In this document: in pieces, positions 10,619 through 19,674 of the stretch
Numbering within the stretch: the stretch's first letter is position 1
Layout of the letters: the number at the start of each line of letters is the position of its first letter
NCBI GenBank assembly: GCA_947626885.1
Contig: CANQTX010000006.1
Coordinates: 7,025-71,024 of the forward strand
DNA from: an uncultured Clostridia bacterium
GTDB taxonomy: Bacteria; Bacillota; Clostridia; TANB77; CAG-508
DNA length: 64,000 bases
Direction of reading: 5' to 3'
Translations under genes and position numbers: made by a program
Notes under the pieces: model-generated
The model's input: the letters and a program-made list of their open reading frames with translations, nothing else
Database searches by the model: none
What the model was told of the DNA's origin: nothing

Positions 10619-10681
10619 ACTCCTTTTTTTATGCTACTATAGGGACGGAATCCATTTAATATCCAACATATAAAGATATAC

Positions 10682-10893
10682 AAAAAAGCTTTCTTCTCTG
10701 TAGCTATAACTACAGGGACGAAAGCTATGGTTCCGCGGTGCCACCCTATTTGAAAACAAATTCCTTTGTTTTCCTCTTTTTACAAGATTGCTCCCATGTG
10801 TTTCACAAATTGAACTTTATTTAAAATGCTCTCAGCTAATAGCATTTTTTCTCTGTAAAATGTTTTTCAATTGCTTTCATGTTCATCGCAAAT
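10682..10893 (-). promoter_or_regulatory. T-box riboswitch leader of aspS (glyQS-like, no Stem II)
   Basis: The minus strand shows the K-turn UGCGAUGAA...GGAGCA, the distal loop GCUGAGAG and Stem III AAACAAA-ggaa-UUUGUUU. The T-box sequence AAUAGGGUGGCACCGCGG lies at 10733-10750. The terminator AGCUUUC..CUGUAG-uuau-CUACAG..GAAAGCU (10687-10726) is followed by UUUUUU. Confidence 0.85.
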
Positions 10894-10910
10894 ATATCTA
10901 TAATGTATTT

Positions 10911-10940
10911 ATCTTACTATATTTATATACAATTTGTCAA
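10911..10940 (-). promoter_or_regulatory. possible sigma-A promoter for the aspS leader
   Basis: Minus strand TTGACA (10940-10935), an 18-nt spacer, then TAAGAT (10916-10911), about 20 nt upstream of the T-box K-turn. Confidence 0.4.
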
Positions 10941-10954
10941 TATTTTATACAAAT

Positions 10955-12091
10955 TTATTTATCATATGTATACCAAAGGCCATCACTTTTTAATGCTTCT
11001 ATCATTTTTTGGTGTTCTTTCTCTGTTTTAGTAAAATATACTTTTCCAGTTTTATCAGTTACAAAATAATAAGCATCTGTTTTTGTATAATGAATTGTAG
11101 CAGATATAGATAAAGCACTTGGATTACAAATTGGTCCAACTGGAATTTTTCCTGCCATATTAGGCCCTCTTGTATTATATGGATTTTCTGCATCAAGCTC
11201 TTTGGCAGTTAAATCTCCTTCTGCCATTTCCTTCTTAGCAGCATAATAAGTGGTTACATCACTTCCTAAATTCATTTTACTATAAATTCTATTATAAAAT
11301 ACACCAATAATTTGTGCTCTATCTTCAACTGATTTTCCTTCTAATTCCGTCATAGAAGCCAAGGTTAATAATTGGTGAATCGTAAGATTTTCAGGTAATT
11401 CTTTTTCTTCTTTATAGTTTGCTAATAGCTTATCCATATAATTTAAAATTGTTTCAAAAATCGTTTCCACAGATACTTCTTTGCTAGCAAAATTGTAAGT
11501 ATCTGGTAATAAATATCCTTCTAATGGATAATAAATTCTATCGTCTTTTATTTCGTCTGTGATAAACCAATATTTTTCAATTAATGAATTAATATATGTT
11601 TCATCTTCTAGTAAAGCAAATACATCTTCTTCCGTATTTGTTGTATTCTCCGCTATTGTTTTGGCAATCCATCGCATATTTTTTCCTTCAATAAAAGTAA
11701 TTTTTATTTCATCAGACGCTATTTCTCCTTTTGCAATATGTGCTAAAATAGTGGGCATAGTTTCACTGTTATTTAATTGATACTTACCTGCCTGAAGTCC
11801 TTCAATACGATTAATTTTTGCATAAATTTTCATAACATCTGCGCTTTTTATAACCTGATTTTGTTCTAATAACTCTGCAATTTGTGTTATTCCCATTCCT
11901 TCTTTTATTTCAATAGAAATAAAGGCATCTTCTGAAACAGGTTCTGTACTAACTGGCTTTAATCCTCCCTGATACCAAACTACTAACCCTATTCCTAAAA
12001 TTACTAAACCAATACCTATGCCAATTAATAAGACGAATACAATTTTTAATTTACTAGATTTCATCTTTACTATCATTCCTCCTTTATACAT
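10955..12091 (-). CDS. mltG: endolytic murein transglycosylase MltG (YceG family)
   Basis: 378 aa with an N-terminal TM anchor and a YceG-like domain (LPEGYLLPDTY-type EGYLLPDTYNF, NTRGPNMAGKIPVGPICNPS). Confidence 0.85.
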   Translation of the reverse strand: MYKGGMIVKMKSSKLKIVFVLLIGIGIGLVILGIGLVVWYQGGLKPVSTEPVSEDAFISIEIKEGMGITQIAELLEQNQVIKSADVMKIYAKINRIEGLQAGKYQLNNSETMPTILAHIAKGEIASDEIKITFIEGKNMRWIAKTIAENTTNTEEDVFALLEDETYINSLIEKYWFITDEIKDDRIYYPLEGYLLPDTYNFASKEVSVETIFETILNYMDKLLANYKEEKELPENLTIHQLLTLASMTELEGKSVEDRAQIIGVFYNRIYSKMNLGSDVTTYYAAKKEMAEGDLTAKELDAENPYNTRGPNMAGKIPVGPICNPSALSISATIHYTKTDAYYFVTDKTGKVYFTKTEKEHQKMIEALKSDGLWYTYDK

Positions 12092-13322
12092 CTATCACAT
12101 AATCCACTATCTTAGCTAACTTTTCTTTTTCTAAATTATCATTCATGGTAACAGCCACTACTAATCCTGATTCTTTAAATTTAGGTGTTAGTTCAATAAT
12201 AAATCGATAAAAACTATTAATATCATCAATTGTTTCAAAATTGATATTAATACCTTTAAATTGATATTTCACAATTTGTGCATATAAAGCATTAATAACT
12301 ACATTTCTTTGCTCATACGTTAATAATGTAGCAGAAACACTTTGGTTATTTTCCAGAGTAGGTAATACAACCAAACGATTTTCATTTACCCAATTCATAT
12401 AGTTAGCATACGCTGCCGTGTTACTCATTGTTTTATCTAAAACTTTGTTATTTTTATCTATCCTAAAAAATATTGGTACAACAACATTTAGCAAGTTTTC
12501 ATCGATACTGACACTATCGTAAATGCCAGAAATATTGGAATAATTATGAAATACTTTTATGTCTCGTTTTTCTTCCTGTAAATTTTCTCTTAGCGTTATT
12601 TCATTGGTTAATTTTTCTTTTGAAATATAACCAATATTTCCTAATGGCGTTCTAATTTTTTTCTTATTTCCTAGTGTTTCTAATACAATAACTGTATCTC
12701 CAGAATCTAATTTTTCTACAGTTTTACCCCAAAAGCCTTTTTTATTTTTTACTTTTGCTTTTTTTATAATAGTAGCTTGTATTTTTTCTTTACTTGTTGC
12801 ATCCATAATAATTCTATTGTTTTCTGCAATATAGTCTATTTCTAAATCATACACAATAGCAAAATCTTTTATGGGAAGGTAAATCTTCCCCTCTATCTCT
12901 TTCATAGGTGCTTCTAATGCTATTTCTGCATCATTAATTATCACATTAGGCTCGTCCATTTTAATAAGAGCCGTATGTTTATTATATGTTGTAATTAGTT
13001 CCTTTTCTGCCTCATTGTAGCACATTGTTTCATCAAATAAAGATTGTATGTCTTCTTTTGAAAAAAATATATTTTTATTTTCATCTACATATACTGGCTC
13101 TATTGTATGAATCAGTTCATTATTCAATAGTACTGTTAAAGGTATTTCTTTATTATGATTTGTGATAAGATGCATCATAAACCTTACAAATAATATTACA
13201 AAAATGAATAATAAGATTGCCAATACTCTTCTTAACAGATATTTATTTAACTTTTTTTTGCGTTTTCTAACCATTCTTTTACTTTTCATAACGGCATCCC
13301 TCTTTTTTATATTACCTGCCAT
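12084..13322 (-). CDS. membrane-anchored protein with a copper-amine-oxidase-N-like stalk, an SH3b-like domain and a truncated GH18-like (YaaH/SleL-like) domain
   Basis: 412 aa with a polybasic N-terminus plus TM helix. It carries a GKIYLPIKDFAIVYDLEIDY stalk motif and a KVKNKKGFWGK...GNIGYISKEKL SH3b-like segment. The C-terminal part has KGININFE where GH18 has DGxDxDWE. Its stop overlaps the mltG start by 8 nt. Confidence 0.55.
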   Translation of the reverse strand: MAGNIKKRDAVMKSKRMVRKRKKKLNKYLLRRVLAILLFIFVILFVRFMMHLITNHNKEIPLTVLLNNELIHTIEPVYVDENKNIFFSKEDIQSLFDETMCYNEAEKELITTYNKHTALIKMDEPNVIINDAEIALEAPMKEIEGKIYLPIKDFAIVYDLEIDYIAENNRIIMDATSKEKIQATIIKKAKVKNKKGFWGKTVEKLDSGDTVIVLETLGNKKKIRTPLGNIGYISKEKLTNEITLRENLQEEKRDIKVFHNYSNISGIYDSVSIDENLLNVVVPIFFRIDKNNKVLDKTMSNTAAYANYMNWVNENRLVVLPTLENNQSVSATLLTYEQRNVVINALYAQIVKYQFKGININFETIDDINSFYRFIIELTPKFKESGLVVAVTMNDNLEKEKLAKIVDYVIDV

Positions 13323-13526
13323 ATTTACAAAAATAAAGCGAATTTTTAATTTACAATCTAAAGTTTACATGTATAGGTTATTCTATTTTGCATTATATAA
13401 TAAGATAGTAAAAAAAGCTATATATTTTAAAAATATTTAAAAAATATATTTCTTTTTGTCATAAAATGTAGTATAATAAAATTGTATTGTAAATATACTC
13501 ATTACTTGAGTGGAATGGAGGATATT

Positions 13527-13976
13527 ATGTGGCAAGCTTGGTTAATTATTTCAGGATTATTCTTTATTTTGGAAATTGCAACAGTTGGCTTTCTTGTTTT
13601 TTGGTTCGCCATTGGTGCTTTAATTGCTATGGTTACCAGTTTTTTTATCGATAGTATTATTGTACAAACCATTGTATTTCTTGTTTCTTCAACAATACTT
13701 CTTTTTGCAACCAAACCTTTTATTACAAGAGTCACTAAAAAAGATACTGTTATTCAAACAAATGCTTACTCTGTACAAGGAAAAGTAGGAAGGGTTATTA
13801 CAGAAATTGAACCTATTGAAGGAAAAGGACAAATTAAAGTTAATGGTGAAGTTTGGTCAGCTAAGTCTTATAACAATACCTTTATTCCAAAAGATACTGA
13901 AGTTATTATTGAAAAAATTAATGGTGTAAAAGCCATTGTAAAACCTTTAAAAGAAAACATAAAAACAAAAATATAA
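13527..13976 (+). CDS. NfeD-family membrane protein
   Basis: Two or three TM helices and a C-terminal OB-like NfeD domain (GKVGRVITEIEPIEGKGQIKVNGEVWSAKS). I chose the start at 13527 because of GGAGG 5 nt upstream; the track ORF begins at a TTG at 13482. It is paired with the SPFH gene. Confidence 0.7.
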   Translation: MWQAWLIISGLFFILEIATVGFLVFWFAIGALIAMVTSFFIDSIIVQTIVFLVSSTILLFATKPFITRVTKKDTVIQTNAYSVQGKVGRVITEIEPIEGKGQIKVNGEVWSAKSYNNTFIPKDTEVIIEKINGVKAIVKPLKENIKTKI

Positions 13977-14007
13977 AATAAAATTATTATGAGGAGGATA
14001 AAAAAAA

Positions 14008-14919
14008 ATGATCGTTTTATGCATATTATTCATCATCGTTTGTATTATCGCATATAAAACAATTAAAGTAGTTAGACAATCAGAAGTTTATATTATCGAA
14101 AGATTAGGTAGATTTCATAAAGTTGCAGACGCAGGACTTACAATTATTATACCTTTTTTAGACAAAGTTCGTTCTGTCGTTAGTTTAAAACAACAAACTA
14201 TGGATATACCACCACAAAGTGTTATCACATCTGATAACGTTACCATCACAATAGATACAGTTGTATTCTATAAAATTACAGATCCTGCAAAAGCTGTTTA
14301 TGAAATTCAAAGCTTAAAAAAAGGTATTGAGTATTTGGCACTTACAACCATTCGTGATATTGTTGGTAAAATGGAATTAGACCAAACCTTTAGTTCTAGA
14401 GAAGAAATTAATGATAAATTACGAGTTATCCTAGATGAGGCAACCGATGCATGGGGTTGTAAAATTGATAGAGTAGAAATAAAAGATATTACTCCACCTG
14501 CTGATATTAGAGATGCTATGGAAAAACAAATGAATGCTGAAAGAAATAAAAGAGCTTTAATCTTAGAGGCTGAAGGTGAAAGGCAATCTGCTATTACACT
14601 TGCTGAAGGTAGAAAACAAGCTGCCATATTAGATGCAGAAGCTGATAAAGAATCTAAAATTAGAAGAGCTGCCGGTGAAGCTGAAGCAATCAAACAAGTA
14701 GCCGATGCAAAAGCAAAAGAAATTCACATGGTTTATGAGGCAATTAAAAATGCTAATCCAGATGAAAAATTAGTACAGATTAAATCTTTAGAAGCCTTAC
14801 AAGAAGTTGCCAAAGGAGAAGCTAATAAAATCTTCATTCCTTTTGAAGCAACATCTGCCTTAAGTAGTTTAGGGGCTTTAACAGATGTCATAAAAGATAA
14901 GAAAAAATCAAATTCATAA
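14008..14919 (+). CDS. SPFH/Band-7 (stomatin/prohibitin-like) protein
   Basis: 303 aa with an N-terminal TM helix, an SPFH domain and an Ala/Glu/Lys-rich coiled coil. AGGAGG RBS; classic nfeD-SPFH operon. Confidence 0.85.
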   Translation: MIVLCILFIIVCIIAYKTIKVVRQSEVYIIERLGRFHKVADAGLTIIIPFLDKVRSVVSLKQQTMDIPPQSVITSDNVTITIDTVVFYKITDPAKAVYEIQSLKKGIEYLALTTIRDIVGKMELDQTFSSREEINDKLRVILDEATDAWGCKIDRVEIKDITPPADIRDAMEKQMNAERNKRALILEAEGERQSAITLAEGRKQAAILDAEADKESKIRRAAGEAEAIKQVADAKAKEIHMVYEAIKNANPDEKLVQIKSLEALQEVAKGEANKIFIPFEATSALSSLGALTDVIKDKKKSNS

Positions 14920-14928
14920 AAATTACAT

Positions 14929-14971
14929 AAAAATAGGTCTTTTCTCTCAAAATGAAAAAGACCTATTTTTT
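14929..14971. terminator. bidirectional rho-independent terminator between the convergent SPFH and nifS genes
   Basis: Perfect 15-bp arms AAAAATAGGTCTTTT / AAAAGACCTATTTTT, with A/T tracts on both sides. Confidence 0.75.
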
Positions 14972-14985
14972 ATTACACATATTTT

Positions 14986-16122
14986 TCATCGTAGTTTCTT
15001 TACAATTTCTTCTAAACTATCTATTAAATAATTGACATCATCTAGCGTATTATCCTTTCCAAAAGTAACTCTTAGACTTCCTCTTGCTAGATAACTTGGC
15101 ACTCCAATTGCTAGTAATACATGCGAAGGGCTCAAAAGTCCTGCACTACAAGCAGATCCACTAGAAGTACAAATTCCCTTTTTATCCAACTCACTTAAAA
15201 GTTTTCCTCCATTAATTCCTCTAAAAGAGATATTTGCATTACCTGGAAGTCGTTTCTCTAAGTCACCATTAATTTTAATATAAGGAATTCTTTTCTGAAT
15301 TTCCTCTATATAATAGTCTCTTAAACTTCTTAAATGATCATTATAGGCAACAAGATTTTTATCTGCTAATTCTATTGCTTTTCCTAATCCTACTATTCCC
15401 GGTACATTTTCTGTTCCAGCTCTTTTTTCTCTTTCTTGATGACCACCATCTTGCATAGTGATAAAAGGAACTCTTTCATTAATATACGCTACACCAACTC
15501 CCTTAGGTCCATAAAATTTATGTGCCGATAAAGAAAGTGCATCAATTTCTAATGCTTTAACATCTATATCAATATTACCAATTGCTTGAACAGCATCTGT
15601 ATGAAAATAAACGCCATATTTCTTAGCAATTTTTCCAATTTCTTCTAATGGCTCTATAGTTCCAATTTCATTATTTGCTGCCATAATACTAATTAAAATT
15701 GTATTCTTATTAATGCTTCTTTCTAACTCTTTTAAATCTATCATTCCTTTAGCATCTGTGTTAATATACGTCACTCTAAAGCCAAAATTTTCTAAAAATC
15801 TACAAGTGTTTAAAATGGCAGGATGCTCTATTTTACTTGTAATAATATGATTACCTCTATTTTTATTAGCAAATGCAATTCCTTTTAAAATTAGATTATC
15901 ACTTTCTGTTCCACAGCCTGTAAAATAAATTTCATTTACTTTACAATTAAGAACTGTTGCTACCTTCATTCTTGCAATGTTAATTACTTCCTTATTATTT
16001 TTTCCAATACTATATACGGAAGAAGGATTTCCATAATTCTCTTTAAAAAAAGGAAGCATTGCTTCCAGCACTCGTTCATCAACAGGCGTTGTTGCCGAAT
16101 GGTCAAAATATCTAATTTTCAT
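14986..16122 (-). CDS. nifS: cysteine desulfurase (NifS/IscS class V aminotransferase)
   Basis: PLP-lysine motif SLSAHKFYGPKG and active-site loop SSGSACS. Start taken at the ATG at 16122, which has GGAAGGGG 5 nt upstream; the track ORF extends 21 codons further. Confidence 0.85.
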   Translation of the reverse strand: MKIRYFDHSATTPVDERVLEAMLPFFKENYGNPSSVYSIGKNNKEVINIARMKVATVLNCKVNEIYFTGCGTESDNLILKGIAFANKNRGNHIITSKIEHPAILNTCRFLENFGFRVTYINTDAKGMIDLKELERSINKNTILISIMAANNEIGTIEPLEEIGKIAKKYGVYFHTDAVQAIGNIDIDVKALEIDALSLSAHKFYGPKGVGVAYINERVPFITMQDGGHQEREKRAGTENVPGIVGLGKAIELADKNLVAYNDHLRSLRDYYIEEIQKRIPYIKINGDLEKRLPGNANISFRGINGGKLLSELDKKGICTSSGSACSAGLLSPSHVLLAIGVPSYLARGSLRVTFGKDNTLDDVNYLIDSLEEIVKKLR

Positions 16123-16240
16123 ACTACCCCTTCCTTTGGATTTTCTTATCGCTTCATTAAATTTTTTAACTGTATACCATATCATTTTAGTCTCTTATAT
16201 TGTATGAAAATTAAATATTGATTGTGAATGGATTTTTGAA

Positions 16241-16999
16241 TTATCTCGCTAGCCAACCTCCGTCAACAGCTAGTGTATGCCCTGTTACATAATTTGATGC
16301 ATTAGAAGATAAAAACACAACAGCACCGCTGATATCTTCTGGTGTTCCCCATCTACCCATGGGAATTCTCGATAAAATTTCATCATTTCTGTTTTTATCA
16401 TCACGAATTTGTTTAGTATTATCTGTGGCCATATAGCCTGGCGCTATAGCATTTACATTAATGCCATATGGTGCTAATTCGTTTGCTAGTGCTTTTGTTA
16501 ACCCCATAACAGCACTTTTACTAGCTGTATATGCAGGAACACGAATACCACCCTGAAAAGATAACATAGAAGCAATATTAATAATTTTACCTTTACTATT
16601 TTGTTTCATAAATTCCTTGGCTACTCTTTGTGATAAAAAAAACAAAGTCCTTAAATTGACATTTATCGTATCATCCCAGTCCTTTTCAGTATATGCTATA
16701 GCATTTTCTCTACGTATCATACCTGCATTATTTACTAAGATATCTACATGTCCCAATGCATTAACAGCTGTTTCTACAATTTCTTCTATTTTATCCGTAT
16801 ATCTTAAATCTGCCTGTATTTCTACAAACTGTTTGTTTCGCTTTTCTACTTCTATTTTAGTTGCCTCACTAGAAGAAGAACTAACACCTACAATATTCGC
16901 ACCCGCTTCTGCTAAAGCCAAGCACATTCCTCTTCCTAATCCTCTACTAGATCCTGTAACAATTGCCGTTTTTCCCGTTAAATCAAACATATTTATCAT
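16241..16999 (-). CDS. kduD: 2-dehydro-3-deoxy-D-gluconate 5-dehydrogenase (SDR family, KduD-like)
   Basis: TGSSRGLG Rossmann motif, IINIASMLSFQGGIRVPAYTASKSAV and a C-terminal AVDGGWLAR. This closely matches E. coli KduD as I remember it. Confidence 0.75.
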   Translation of the reverse strand: MINMFDLTGKTAIVTGSSRGLGRGMCLALAEAGANIVGVSSSSSEATKIEVEKRNKQFVEIQADLRYTDKIEEIVETAVNALGHVDILVNNAGMIRRENAIAYTEKDWDDTINVNLRTLFFLSQRVAKEFMKQNSKGKIINIASMLSFQGGIRVPAYTASKSAVMGLTKALANELAPYGINVNAIAPGYMATDNTKQIRDDKNRNDEILSRIPMGRWGTPEDISGAVVFLSSNASNYVTGHTLAVDGGWLAR

Positions 17000-17038
17000 T
17001 TTTATTCCTCCGTATTACCACATCTACTTTCTCTGTTG

Positions 17039-17371
17039 TTATCTAGACTCCCAGCGTGTCATTTTGATCTCTTGATATTTATTTAAAATTTCCATATATT
17101 TTTGATATTCTTCTTCCCATAGTGCATCTGGAACTTTATCAAATGCAGAAAAAATTTTATCTGCTTCTTGCAAAAATATTACTTGTTGTTGTGGGCTTAA
17201 TTTTTCATATTTTAAAGAAAACGCGTATAATTTGTCTAAAATATCATTTGCCTGTATAAAAGAAAAAAAATCTTTTACATTCATACCGGCCATTTTTATT
17301 TGCGCTACTGCCAATACTGTTAAAAATAATATTACCATAAGTAATATAAATACTACTGCTAAAAATTCCAA
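17039..17371 (-). CDS. small membrane-anchored hypothetical protein (110 aa)
   Basis: N-terminal TM helix and a helical charged tail. Lies 39 nt upstream of kduD on the same strand. Confidence 0.45.
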   Translation of the reverse strand: MEFLAVVFILLMVILFLTVLAVAQIKMAGMNVKDFFSFIQANDILDKLYAFSLKYEKLSPQQQVIFLQEADKIFSAFDKVPDALWEEEYQKYMEILNKYQEIKMTRWESR

Positions 17372-17584
17372 AATACTACACCTATCCTTCTTTTGTTAAA
17401 ACTAATGGTATTATATCATATTGATTTTTTTTAATCAACATATTGTAAAATTTTTATCATGTGGTATCATATACTATGTTAAATAATAATATGTTTTATG
17501 TTTCATACATATATAAATTCCTTAATTTTTAAGAAAATATATTATTATCATGGTAAAATTACTATTTTTATAGGAGTACCTTTT

Positions 17585-18445
17585 ATGGAAGATAAATTTA
17601 AAAGTATTAAAAAAGCTGGTTTATTGGGTATTATAGGAAATATATTCTTACTTGTTATAAAAGCTTCCATTGGTTTTATCACACAAAGTCAATCAATGAT
17701 TGCAGATAGTGTTAACAGTGCATCTGACATTTTAGCATCTTTAATGACATTTATTGGAAACAGAATTTCTAGTGAACCATGTGATTATGATCATAATTTT
17801 GGACATGGAAAAGCAGAATATATTTTCTCACTTTTGATAAGTATTATTATGATTTTATTATCTTGTAAACTTGCTTTAGATACACTTAAACACTTTGTTC
17901 AAAAAGCACATTTTCATTTTTCAATGATATTAATTGTAGTTTGTATTGTTACTATTATTACCAAATTAGCCTTATTCCTTTATACCAAAAAATTATATCA
18001 AAAGTATCATAATATTTTATTAAAATCGAATTATATAGATCATAGAAATGATTGTGTTATTACCTCTTTTACTTTAATTTCTATCCTATTAGGATTACAT
18101 GAAATTTATTGGGTTGATTCCGTGGTTGGTATTGGTATTTCTATTTGGATACTATTATCTGGATTTGGAATTTTTATGGAAAGCTATCGTATTTTAATGG
18201 ATGTTTCTTTAGATGACAAAACAAAAAAAGTAATCATGAATTTAGTAAAAGAGCATGAAGCAATTAAAGCCTGCTACAACCTTTATTCTACGCCTGTTGG
18301 ATATAATTATTTAGTGGTATTTACTATTGCAGTAGATGGTAATATGTCAACATATGAAAGCCATGAACTTGCCAATCATCTTGAAAAAGATGTTGAAGCT
18401 TTAGATAAAATTGATAAAGCAATTGTACATGTACATCCCTACTGA
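17585..18445 (+). CDS. cation diffusion facilitator (CDF) family metal efflux transporter
   Basis: Six TM helices, SMIADSVNSASD in TM2, HNFGHGKAEY, and a C-terminal cytoplasmic domain ending VHVHP. Start chosen at 17585 (AGGAG upstream). Confidence 0.8.
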   Translation: MEDKFKSIKKAGLLGIIGNIFLLVIKASIGFITQSQSMIADSVNSASDILASLMTFIGNRISSEPCDYDHNFGHGKAEYIFSLLISIIMILLSCKLALDTLKHFVQKAHFHFSMILIVVCIVTIITKLALFLYTKKLYQKYHNILLKSNYIDHRNDCVITSFTLISILLGLHEIYWVDSVVGIGISIWILLSGFGIFMESYRILMDVSLDDKTKKVIMNLVKEHEAIKACYNLYSTPVGYNYLVVFTIAVDGNMSTYESHELANHLEKDVEALDKIDKAIVHVHPY

Positions 18446-18597
18446 TGTTGAGAATATCTAATATTACAATTTCTGCAAGAATTCTTATTGCTCTTTTTTA
18501 TAAAATGTGATAAAATTTTATGTATATAACTGATTAAAGCCTTTTAAAGGCATACCATTTCTGCTATTTAATATTAAGAAAGGAAAGGTGATTCAAA

Positions 18598-19497
18598 ATG
18601 AAAGAAAATCTTGTCAAAGAACGAAATTGCTTTCGTGGTAATTTCGTCAATCCCTTAACAGGGAAAGTTGACCCTAAGTTAGTACGATCAAACCGGTACC
18701 TTCTTAAGATCATTGAAGGTGAGAAAAGCTTTTTTTACCATGTAAACGATCGTGGCGACATTTATTCACATGTATGGGCTACTGAACCTCAGAGTTTTAC
18801 CACTACTTGCGTGCGTACGGATTGGGAAAAACTTAACAAAAAAATTCATAAAATTCATACCAAGCATTCTCAGCGTAACGCTCTTAACACACACAATTGT
18901 ATTTCTGATAAAAACACCAATTTTTTAAACATTCGGAACATTGCGGATCTAGCTGATGATTTATCATTGTCTCAGGAAATTATACTACAACTTCTTAAAG
19001 AGTATTCATTTGAAACTTTGAAAACTTTAAAGAATTTAAAAACATCTAATTTTGCGGCACTTCCTGAAGTAAGAGGTTTTTATGCATCGAATGAAATCCA
19101 GGTGGATGAATTCCAAATACAAGAATACGGTAATTTTTATCATGTGTTTATATGCCAAGGATATAGATACGACGAATACAACCATGGGTTAAGAATTACT
19201 GGTTCAAACCGTTTTGAATATTTTGTCAAAACAAGAAACACAATCCAGAAAGAATATAAAGGATTTCAAAATTTAAAGGATTCATATCCTACTCTGCCGG
19301 AATGGATCATTTCGGAACTCTTTAAAGGAGATACTAGTAATGAACTCTATAAATCTATGATAGAGAAAATAATCAGTGTTCGAAATTCTGATAGCCATAC
19401 TTCATCTGAGATTATGGAAGTTATGGATTATTTCAGTCTTTCTCCCATAAGAGTAAAAAGTAAAATTCTCTCTTTTTTGCAGAGAATTGGAGCTTAA
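18598..19497 (+). CDS. hypothetical protein (299 aa), orphan, compositionally atypical
   Basis: Clean ORF with an AAGGAAAGG RBS region. Visibly richer in G/C and in CGN/GCG codons than its neighbours. No motif recognised. Confidence 0.55.
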   Translation: MKENLVKERNCFRGNFVNPLTGKVDPKLVRSNRYLLKIIEGEKSFFYHVNDRGDIYSHVWATEPQSFTTTCVRTDWEKLNKKIHKIHTKHSQRNALNTHNCISDKNTNFLNIRNIADLADDLSLSQEIILQLLKEYSFETLKTLKNLKTSNFAALPEVRGFYASNEIQVDEFQIQEYGNFYHVFICQGYRYDEYNHGLRITGSNRFEYFVKTRNTIQKEYKGFQNLKDSYPTLPEWIISELFKGDTSNELYKSMIEKIISVRNSDSHTSSEIMEVMDYFSLSPIRVKSKILSFLQRIGA

Positions 19498-19546
19498 TTT
19501 CTTTCTTCTGATGTATTTCTTGTATTTAGTGTTTTTTACTTTCATA

Positions 19547-19587
19547 CCAGAAACAGAGGACTTTTTCTCCTCTGTTTCTGGTTTTTA
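19547..19587. terminator. strong rho-independent terminator between the convergent orphan ORF and clpC
   Basis: Perfect 14-bp GC-containing arms CCAGAAACAGAGGA / TCCTCTGTTTCTGG, followed by TTTTT. Confidence 0.8.
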
Positions 19588-19674
19588 TTAAAATTGTGGA
19601 AAATGGTACTGAATACTATTACAAAGTATGTGTGATAATTTTTGTGCACTATCTAAACGGTTAATTATCAGACT

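Noticed and set aside
14307-14693. 128-aa minus-strand ORF inside the SPFH gene
   Set aside because: It is the antisense image of the Ala/Glu/Lys coiled-coil region (Ala/Ser/Leu-rich) and is fully nested in a confidently identified gene.
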